From Octopus vulgaris (taxonomy: Eukaryota), in assembly GCA_951406725.2 (NCBI GenBank), contig OX597818.1:120218001-120282000 (forward strand): a stretch of 64,000 nt of DNA. The letters run 5' to 3'. Positions within the stretch are counted from its first letter, which is position 1. Each line of letters opens with the position of its first letter. Positions 53,403 through 64,000 of this stretch are shown in pieces. Below the pieces are notes generated by a model. It was given only the letters and a program-made list of their open reading frames with translations. It had not been told where the DNA came from and did not search any database. The position numbers were made by a program, and so were the translations under genes.

Positions 53403-54695
53403 TTAGATTGTCCGGAATGTTCTGAGCGTTTTTAAACTAAATCTTTCAACGCTTCATTGAACACACCTGAAACGTATCACAGTTAAAACTTTGGCGTTGC
53501 TTGAAGTAGTAATGCATCTCTTTGTTCTTGACTAAAAATACTTCTATCTTTCATTCTGGTTACCCTTTATTGACATTTAAAATGGATAACCAAAAATGTT
53601 ATACTCACGTTGTAATGCTTTTCGTTTTTTTAAAAAAGGAGAAAATGCTGCCAATACTTGCAAAAACATTTGTGGAGTTTATGGTGATGATGCTGTAGGT
53701 GAGATGACTGTTTGATGGTGGTTTGCAATATTTAAAGCTGGAGAGCTTAGCTCGGAAGATGACAGTCGCAGTGGAAGACCTTCAAAAGTGAATGAAGATA
53801 TTTTGAAGGAAAAATCAAAGAAAACTCAAATATCATGACTAGATAACTTGCAGAGGAGTTGGAAGTTTCTAAAAGTACGGCTCATGAACACTTACTGAAG
53901 ATAGGAGACATTTCTCACTATTATGTATGGGTCCCTCACAATCTCTCAGAAAAGAATTGCTTGGACCGGTATTCCATTTGTGATATGCTTTTGAAACAGA
54001 ATGAAAGCATGCCTTTTGTTTAAACAACTTGTGATTGGAGATGAAAAATGGATTGTGCACGGAAATGTAGTACGGAAAAGATCTTGGACATTGCGTCATG
54101 ATCCCTCAAAACAGCAACCAAAGACAAATATCCAAACCAAAAAAGTTATGCTTTGTGTTTGGTGGGATCATAAAGGCATTATTTGTTATGAGCTTCTCCC
54201 ACAAAATCAAACCGTTAGTTTAGTCGTCAGCTGGCTAATTTGAACCAAAAAAAATCAAAGAACTGAAGCCGGAGATTACCAATAGGAAATGGGTAGTGTT
54301 CCAACAAAGCAATATCCGACCACATGTGTCTTTGGATACCCAAACCAAGTTTCATGAACTTGGTTGGTATCTCTTACCCCATCCACCATATTCTCCTGGT
54401 ATTGCGTCATCCGACTACCACTAGTTTTTGTCTCAACAGAACTCATTGCAAGAAAAAAAAAGAAAAAAAGACATTTAACGATTTAGATGGAGTCAAAATG
54501 CATCTACATAACATTTTTTTTTCTTCAAAACCAGTCAAATTTTATGGTGATGGAATATTTAAATTGCCTGATAGATGAGCAAAGGTCATTAATAATAATG
54601 GAAATGATTTCATTCAATAGAGTTTATTGAAAGGTCAAATATTTATATCCCATTTTAACATGTTAAAAACGCTCAGAACTTTCCGGACAACCTGA
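53403..54695 (+). pseudogene. Full-length mariner (DD34D) transposon, defective
   Basis: TIRs TTAGATTGTCCGGAATGTTCTGAGCGTTTTTAA / TTAAAAACGCTCAGAACTTTCCGGACAACCTGA, TA TSD, ~1.29 kb; WVPHNL, IGDEKW, VMLCVWWD and HPPYSPGIASSDY with frameshifts and stops. Confidence 0.95.
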
Positions 54696-54718
54696 TATAA
54701 TTACATGCGCATGCATAA

Positions 54719-54797
<79 letters not shown>

Positions 54798-54854
54798 TAC
54801 ACACACACGCACACAAATTGCTTATTGATATATACGTTCACAAAAATATATTTA

Positions 54855-55245
54855 CTCCTTTATTTGTTTCAGTCATTTGACTGCGGTCATGCTGGAGCAC
54901 CGCTTTTAGTCAAGCAAATCGACTCCAGGACTTATTCTTTATAAGCCTAGTACTTATTCTATCGGGCTCGTTTGTCGAACCGCTAAGTTACAGGGACGTA
55001 AACGCACCAGCATCGATTGTCAAGCGATGTTGGGGGTACAAACACACACACACACACACACACACATACATATACCTATACATATATAATACGGGTTTCT
55101 TTCAGTTTCCGTCTACCAAATCCACTCACAAAGGTTTGGTCATCCCGATGCTATAGTAGAAGACACTTGCCCAAGGTTCCACACAGTGGGACTGAACCCG
55201 GAACCATGTGGTTGGTAGGCAAGCTACTTATCACACAGCCACTCC
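54855..55245 (-). mobile_element. SINE family A, full length
   Basis: Homology to the other copies. Confidence 0.9.
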
Positions 55246-56559
55246 AGAGGGTATGTTTGTATATTTTCTGGAGATATTAATTTTAAATTATGGTACAAGG
55301 CTAGGAATTTCAGAGAAGAGAGTATTTTGTGGAGATATTAATAACCAAGTGTAGTGAGAACCTTTACGTGACCACTCGAACTGCTGAAAACAACAGCCAA
55401 ATTTCATACAAATATAACACTACCTTCTCTAAAATAGAAGGATACACTGGAAATTGTAGACGTTAGTATATTATATCTCAAATATAAGACGTGATGATCA
55501 TGTCGTGGATGGAATGTCTTTTTGTGATTAATCATAGATTTATGGCTTGAGTCTCCGAGACAGTGCATGACCTCGGGCATTAGGTCGTGGGTTCAATTCC
55601 TGGGCCTGGTAGAGTTTCATTTTACCTTGCTCCAGTCTTCTATGCAGTAATGAATACCAGCTTATATGCATGACACCTCTTCTCTCTTCCCTACGCACAC
55701 CTGTCACATCTTTGATGTGCCACTGGATCAAGGGTGAGAAGGGCCGAGAGGACATTAATGTTGACTTGAAACTACATAGGCAACTTAAACAATTAATTAA
55801 ATCATGGTATTTGCTGTTACAAGATATACTCGCTCGCGAGTGACGGCACTTTGTGAACATGCAGTGTTTAGTTACATCTATTTACAATGTAAGTTCAAAT
55901 CCAACTGAGTGAGATTTGATAAAGTAGGTGCCAGTCAATGACTAGGGCCATTGTAAATGCCAATAAATTCTCCCTTAAATTTGTGGGCTTCTAATTATGT
56001 TCGTAGCCAACCTTAAATTTCGTCCAATAGCGTTCTCTTTCCCTAGCAGACAAGCTGGACGTCAATCACATCGACCCAACGTATATTTGTCTAAGATGGT
56101 CTGCAATGGTTATGAGTATAAATAACTAAACAGTAAAAATTATGAAATAGAATAAAATAACCAACCGACAACAACAACGACAACAAAAAAAGAAGAAGCT
56201 ATGCAAAGATTATTCAGTTTCTAAGCCTGAAGAGGAAACGTGTTGCACACGGAGTCCCCAGGAAAGGTTATAGAATACAGCAAATAGGAAGAGTTCACAG
56301 GAAAGTTGGATAAGTGCAATTTCCGCTATGAACACGCCAGTGACTAATTGTTGCTGACGTCGACGATAATCTGTTTCATGGATTCCGGATGTTACCTTAA
56401 ATATAGAAAGTAGTAAGGAAAAAGGAATTCTCTAAAGACAGAGTTGTTCAATGAGTTGAAAGAGTGTTATGGTGTGTGAGTTTGTTTCATTTCTTATTCA
56501 TCTAGTTATATATGAGTACATTTTTCACTGATGTATGTATATTATTTATTCATGTATAT

Positions 56560-56605
<46 letters not shown>

Positions 56606-57289
56606 ATATATATATATACACACACACACATGAAGATAAATATACAATATATATATTTATAGTAAGTGTGTGTGTATGTTAATTAGGTGAAAGTTCTTTT
56701 TTAAACAAAAAAAGAGAAAAATTGGATTAGAATACAATGTTCATTTTTTGTGAATGATTTCAGTGTATAAGAAAAAAAGAAGAGTCTTTTACACTGTTCT
56801 GTTTCAGAATAAGATATTTAGTAAAAGCGTGTAATATACAGTTTTTTTGTGGAGAAGTTCAATGTCAGATTTCAGTGTAGAATAAAAAAAGTAAGAGTTT
56901 ACCGGTTGCGCATTTGTTATGCTTTTCAAAAGATATTTTGAGTGAGATAGAGTTCCTTTCTGATTGATTTTTTTTCTCTTATCTGACTTTATGTTGGGTT
57001 TGCTGTCTCTTATATGTGAAAAAAGAGGCTCCAGAGTTGTTTAAGATTTGCTTGGTTTCGCGCCTAAAATTTCTTGTGGACAATGGTCAATACAATTTTG
57101 ATTGGTCATTATAAAGGGGTCACGTGAATGTTTGAATGGAAGTTGGTGTTGGGGTAAGAAAATAGGCTCCAGAAATGTTAAAATTTGGCTGGTATCACAC
57201 CTAAAATTTCTTATTGGTCATAATAAAGAGGTCACGTGAATGTGGTCATAATAGAGAGGTCAGTGACCTCTCTATTATGACCACATTCA

Positions 57290-60200
57290 TACAGAAAGGA
57301 GCTTCTTTGCCACATTCATGTGATATGATATATGTATAAGACGGTTTTCTATGCAGTTTTCATCTACAAAAGTCAATGAAAAGGTATTTGGCTCCTGAAC
57401 TGGGCCAGTATGAGAAGACACTTGCCCAAGTTGCAACACCAAGCAATTGAATCTGAAACAAGGGGATTAGAAAAGGAGCTTCTTAGCCACATGCATATAT
57501 ATGTATTAGACGGGTTTCTATGCAGTTTTCTTGTACTAAAATCAATGAAAAGGTATTTGGCTGATCCAGGCCAGTATGAGAAGACACCTGCCCAAGTTGC
57601 AGCACCATGTAACTGAATCTGAAACCAAGGGATTACAAAAGGCGCTCCTTTCCAACAAGCATGTATATGTATTAGAAGGGTTTGTATGCAGTTTTCCTCT
57701 AGCAAACTCAATGAAAAGGAATTTGGAAGATCTGGGCCATTATGAAAAGACACTTGCCCAAGTTGCAGCACCATGCAATTGAATCTGAAACCAGGGGATT
57801 ACAAAAGACGATTCTTAGCCACATTCATTTATAAGTATTAGATGGTTTTCTATGCAGTTTTCGTGTACCAAAATCAATAAAAAGGTATTTGGCTGATCTG
57901 GGGCAGTATGAGAAGACACTTTCCCAAGTTGCAGCACCATGCAATTCAATCTGAATCCAAGGGTTTAAAAAAGCCACTTCTTAGCCATATTCATGTATAT
58001 GTATTAGACGGGTTTCAATGCAGTTCTAATGTACCAAAATCAATGAAAAGGTATTTGGCTGATCTGGGCCAGTATGAAAAGACACTTGCCCAAGTTGCAG
58101 CACCATGCAATTGAATCTGAAACCAGAGAATTACAAAAGGCGCTTCTTAGCAACATTCATATATATGTATTAGATATGTTTCTATGCAGTTTTCTTGTAC
58201 CAAATTCATTGAAAGGGTATTTGGTTGATCTGGGCCAGTATGAGAAGACACTTTCCGAAGTTGCAGCACCAGGCAATTGAATCTGAAACTAGGGGATGAC
58301 AAAAGGTTCTTCTTAGCCACATTTATGTATATGTATTAGACGGGTTTCTATGCAGTTTTCCTGTACCAATGTCAATGAAAAGGTATTTAGCTGATCTGGG
58401 CCAGTATGAAAATACACTTGCCCAAGTTGCAGCACCATGCAATTGAATCTGAAACCAGGGGATCACAAAAGGTGCTTCTTAGTCACATTCATATATATGT
58501 ATTAGACGGGTTTCTATGCAGTTTTTGTGTACACAATTCAATGAAAAGGTATTTGGCTGATCTGGGCCAGTATGAGAATACACTTGCCCAAGTTGCAGCA
58601 CCATGCAATTCAATCTGAAACCAGGAGATTACAAAAGGCGCTTCTTAGCCACATTCATATATATGTATTAGACTGGTTTCTATGCAGTTTTCTGCTACCA
58701 AAATCAATGAAAAAGTATTTGGCTGATCTGGGCCAGTATGAGAAGACACTTGACCAAGTTGCAGCACCATGCAATTGAATCTGAAACCAGGGGATGACAA
58801 AAGGCGCTTCTTTCCAACAAGCGTGTATATGTATTAGACAGGTTTCTATACAGTTTTCGTGTACCAAAGTCAATGAAAAAGTATTTGGCTGATCTGGGCC
58901 AGTATGAGAAGACACGTGCCCGAGTTGTAGCATCATGCAATGGAATCTGAAACTAGAGGGTTACGTAAGGCGCTTCTTAGCCACATTCATATATATGTAT
59001 TAGACGGGGTTCCATGCAGTTTTCGTGCACCAAAATCAATGAATAGGCATTTTGCTGATCTGGGCCAGTATGAAAAGACACTTGCCCAAGTTCCAGCACC
59101 ATGCAATTGTATCTGAAACCAGGGGATTACGAAAGGCGATTCTTAGCCACATTAATTTATAAGTATTAGATGGTTTTCTATGCAGTTTTCGTGTACCAAA
59201 TTCAATAAAAAGTTATTTGGATGATCTGGGCCAGTATGAGAAGACACTTTCCCAAGTTGCAGCACCAGGCAATATAATCTGAAAGCAGGGGATTACAAAA
59301 GGCGCTTCTTATCCACATTCATATATATGTATTAGACGGATTTCTATGCAGTTTTCGGGAACCAAAATCAATGAAAAGATATTTGGCTTCTCTGGGCCAA
59401 TATGAGAAGACAATTGCCAAAGTTGCAACATCATGCAATTCAAGTTGAATCCGGGGGATTAAAAAAGCCATATACATGTATATGTATTAGACTGGTTTCA
59501 ATGCAGTTCTCGTGTACCAAACTCAATGAAAAAGTATTTGGTTGAACTGGCCCGGTATGAGAAGACACTTGTTCAAGTCGGAGCACCATGCAATTGAATC
59601 TGAAACCAAGGGATTACAAAATAAGCTTCTTAGCCTCATTCAAGTATATGTATTAGATGGGTTTCTATGCAGTTTTCTTGTACCTTATCAATGAAAACGT
59701 ATTGGGCTGATCTGAGCCAGTATAATAAGACACATGCCCAAGTTGCAGCACCATGCAAATGAATCTGAAACCAGGGGATTACAAAAAGCGCTTCTAAGCG
59801 AAATTCATGTATACGTATTAGACGGGCTTCTATAAGCTTTCGTGTACCAAAGTGAATGAAAAGGTATTTAGCTGATCTGGGTCAGTATGAGAAGACACTT
59901 GCCCAAGATGCAGCACCATGCAATTGAATCTGAAAGCAGAGGATTAAAAAAGGTGATTCTTAGCCACATTCATATATATTTATTAGACGGGTTTCTATGC
60001 AGTTTCGGGTAAAAAAATTCAATGAAAAGGTATTTGGCTGATCTGGGCCAGCATGAGAAGACACATGCCAATGTTGCTACACCATGCAATTCAATCTGAA
60101 TCCAGGGGATTACAAAAGCCACTTCTTAGCCATGTTCATGTATATGTATTAGACGGGTTTCAATGCAGTTTTCGTGTACCAAACTCAATGAAAAAGTATT

Positions 60201-63200
60201 TGGTTGAACTGGCCAAGTATGAGAAGACACCTGCCCAAGTCGGAGCACCATGCAATTGAATCTGAAACCAGGGGATCACAAAAGGAGCTTCTTAGCTTCA
60301 TTCATGTATATGTATTAAATGGGTTTCTATGCAGTTTTCTTGTACCAATATCAATGAAAATTTATTGGGCTGATCTGAGCCAGTATAATAAGACACATGC
60401 CCAAGTTGCAGCACCATGCAATTGAATCTGAAACCAGGGGATTACAAAAGGCGCATCTTAGCCACATTATTATATATGTATTAGACGGGCGGGTTTCTAT
60501 ATAGTTTTCGTGTACCAAAGTGAATGAAAATGTATTTGGCTGATCAGGGCAAGTATGAGAAGACACTTGCCCAAGTTGCAGCACCATGCAAATGAATCTA
60601 AAACTAGGGGATTACAAAAGGCGCTACTTAGCTACATTCATGTACACATATTAGATGGGATTCTATGAAGGTTTCGGGTACCAGAATCAATGAAAAGGTA
60701 TTTGGCTGATCCAGGCTAGTATGAAAAGACAAATGCCTAAGTTGCAGCACCATTTAACTGAATCTGAAACCAGGGGATTACAAAAGGCGCTTATTATCCC
60801 CATTAATGTATACGTATTAGATGGGTTTCTATGCAGATTTCGTGTACCAAAATCAATGAAAAGTTACTTGACTGATCTGGGCCAGTATGAGGAGACACAT
60901 CCCCAAGTTACAGCACCATGCAATTGAATCTGAAATCAGGGGATTACAAAAAGGCGCTTCTTAGCCACATTCATATATATGTATTTGACGGGTTTCTATG
61001 CAGTTTTCGGTTACCAAAATCAATGAATAACCATTTCGCTGATCTGGGCCAGTATGAGAAGACAGTTGTTCATGTTGCTGCACCATGAAATTGAATCGGA
61101 AAATCAGGTGATGACAAAAGGCGCTTCTGAGCCACATTCATGTATATGTATTAGATAGGTATGAGAAAACACTTGCCAAAGTTTCAGCACCATGCAATTC
61201 AATCTGAATCCAAGGGGAAATAAAAAGCGCTTCTTAGCCATATTCAAGTATATGTCTTAGACGGATTTCAATGCAGTTCTCGTGTACCAAACTCGATGAA
61301 AAAGTATTAGGTTGATCTGGGCCAGTATGAGAAGACACTTTCTGAAGAGCACGATGTAATTGAATCTGAAACCAGGCGCTTCTTAGCCACATTCATATAT
61401 ATGTGTTATACGTGTTTCTACGCAGTTTTCTTGTACCAATTTCAATAAAAATGTATTAGGCTGATCTGGGCCAGTATGAGAAGACACTTGCCCAAGTTGA
61501 AGCAACAGGCAGTAGAATCTGAAACCAGGGGATTTCAGAAGGCGCTTCTCAGCCACATCCATATATATGTATTAGACAGGTTTCTATACATTTTTGCTCT
61601 ACTAAATTCAATGAAAAGGTATTTGGCTGATCTGGGCCAGTATGAGAAGACACTTGCCCAAGTTGCAGCACCATGCAATTGAATCTGAAATCAGGGAATT
61701 ACAAAAGACGCTTCATAGCCACATTCATGTATATGTATTAGACGGGTTTCTATGCAGTTTTCTCTTACCAAAGTCAATGAAAGGGTATTTTGCTGATCTG
61801 GGCCAGTATGAGAAGACACTTGCCCCAGCTGCAGCACCATGCAATTGAATCTTAAACCAGGAGTATACAAAAGGTGTTTTTTAGCCACATACATATATAT
61901 GTATTAGACGGGTTTCTATACAATTTTCGGGTACGAAATTCAATGAAAAGGTGTTTGACTTATCAGGACCTCTATTAGAAGACACATGCCCAAGCTGCAA
62001 CACCATGCAATTGAATCTGAAACCAGGGATTTATAATATGTGTTTTTTAGCCACATTCATATGTATGTATTTGACGGCATCTATGCAGTTTTCGTCTACC
62101 AAATTCAATGAAAAGGTATTTGGCTGATTTGGGCCTGTATTAGAAGACACTTGCCTAAGCTGTAGCACCAGGCGATTGTATCCGAAAGTAGGAGATTCAA
62201 AAAAGTGCTTCTCAGCCACATTCATATATATGTATTAGACGTGTTTCTATGCAGTGTTCTTCTACGAAATTCAATGAAAAGTTTTTTTGCTGATCTGGGC
62301 CTGTATTAGAAGACACCTGCCCAAGTTTCAGCAACATGCGATTGAATCCGAAACCATGGTATTACAAAAGGAGCTTCTTAGCCATATTCATATATATGTA
62401 TTAGACGTGTTTCTATGCAGTTTTCTTCTACGAAATTCAATGAAGAGTTATTTGTCTTTTCTGGGCCTGTATTAGAAGTCACTTGCCCAAGCTGCAACAC
62501 GATGCAATTGAATCTGAAACCAGGAATTTACAATATGTGTTTATTAGCCACATCCATATATATGTATTAGACTGGCTTCTATGCAGTTTTCCTCTACCAA
62601 AATCAATGAAAAAGTTATTTTGCTGATCTGGGCCTGTATTAGAAGACACCTGCCTTATTTGCAGCAGCATGCGATTGAATCCGAAACCAGGGTACTGGAA
62701 AAGAAGCTTCTTAGCCACATTCATATATACGTATTAGACGTGTTTCTATGCAGTTTTCGTCTAGCACGCTCGATGAATATTTATTTGTCTGATCTGGGCC
62801 TGTATTAGAATTCACTTCCCCAAGCTGCAACACGATGCAATTGAATCCGAAACAAAAGGATTAAAAAAAGGAGCTTCTTAGCCACATCCATATATATGTA
62901 TTAGACTGGCTTCTATGCAGTTTTCTTGTACCAAAATCAATGAAAACTTATTTAGCTGATCTGGGCCTGTATTAGAAGACACTTGCCCAAGCTGCAGCAC
63001 CATGCAATTGAATCTGAAACCGGGGGATTAAAAATGGGGCTTCTTAGCCACATTCATATATATGTATTCGACGGGTTTCTATGCAGTTTTCTTGTATCAA
63101 AATCAATGAAAACGTATTTTGCTGATCTGGGCCTGTATTAGAAGACACTTGCCCAAGCTGCAGCGCTATGCAATTGTTCTTAGCCACATGCATATATATG

Positions 63201-63353
63201 TATTAGACTGGCTTCTACGCAGGTTTCTTCTACCAAATCAAGTAAAAGTTATTTGGCTCATATGGGCCTGTATTAGAAGACACTTGCTCAAGCTACAACA
63301 CCATGCGTTTGAATCCGGAAGCAGGGGATTACAAAAGGAGCTTCTTAACCACA
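57290..63353 (-). repeat. Tandem satellite array, ~37 monomers of 166 bp, derived from the 5' half of a family A-like SINE
   Basis: AGAAGACAC-type anchor every 166 bp (57413, 57578, 57744, 57910 ... 63140, 63275), with a few deleted units. The monomer is colinear with the SINE A head reverse complement. Confidence 0.93.
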
Positions 63354-64000
63354 TGTTGCTGTTGTAGCTATAATCATTTTTTTACATAGTACATGAGATC
63401 TTCGACATATGTATAGTGAAGAGCCAGTAATTTTGCATTTATGATACCCAAGTCCTTAATAGCCAAGCAGATCATATGTAATAAAGCAACGGCAAAGAAA
63501 TAACGAGCAATTTGTAAAAGCAATGCAATGAACGTTGTGGAGGGAAGAGAAAGAAAGGCAACGGCTTTTCGAGCGGTAGTCCTTTGTCAAGAGAGAAAGA
63601 GGGAGGCAGGGGGAAAATAGAAAGGGAAAACGAAAAAAAAAAACGCAATTCTTATTCACCCTGCTGGAATGACCGACAGAAAGTCGAGGAGTGAAGTTGA
63701 TTGGTTTGTTTGCTGTAATTTATATTTACTTACATATCATTTTACCACACTGAAATAGATTTAACTCGGATTACTTCTGACTTTTTTATTACTGTTTTTA
63801 TACACTTCTGTCACACTATCAATTTTCTCTCTCTTTCTCTCTCTACGCGCACGCACACACACAACACACAGACACACATACACACACACACACTGTCTCT
63901 CTCCTTACTCTCTTTGTTACTCTCACTGTCCTTCGTTCATTCACTCTCGGCCTCTTTCTTTCTCTTACCTCCTCTCTGTGCTTTTCTTTTACTTCTTTTA

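Noticed and set aside
57290-63353. CRISPR-like array
   Set aside because: The whole monomer is repeated with diffuse divergence; there are no unique spacers or cas genes, and the context is eukaryotic.
57410-63367. Family of repeated 68-aa ORFs (MRRHLPKLQHHAIESET...)
   Set aside because: A by-product of the 166-bp monomer: 166 is not a multiple of 3, frames rotate, many units have stops or indels, and the sequence is SINE-derived.

Overview
AT-rich eukaryotic genomic DNA packed with microsatellites and decayed transposons. The repeat families resemble those I know from octopus/cephalopod genomes; this is an inference. No intact protein-coding gene is recognisable, and almost all listed ORFs are translations of simple repeats. 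The window holds several tRNA-derived SINE families, two non-autonomous Helitrons, three mariner (DD34D) relics, a maT-like Tc1/mariner relic carrying nested insertions, MITEs, and fragments of R4/Dong-like, CR1-like, Tx1/L1-like and Penelope-like retroelements. There is also one probable housekeeping promoter with a candidate first coding exon (~47.1-47.35 kb, minus strand). Two signals stand out. (1) Two sequence-unrelated non-coding insertions (14.5-14.9 kb and 33.6-34.5 kb) each carry a minimal type I hammerhead ribozyme fold with the compensatory U3-A8 core, on top of a long hairpin; the second is a ~358-nt monomer present as 1.4 tandem copies plus one inverted copy, which is retrozyme/circular-RNA-like. 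(2) A ~6 kb tandem array (~37 x 166 bp, 57.3-63.35 kb) whose monomer is the 5' half of the local tRNA-derived SINE; it starts at a perfect 53-bp palindrome and shows higher-order substructure. All coordinates and alignments were read by eye and may be off by a few bases.
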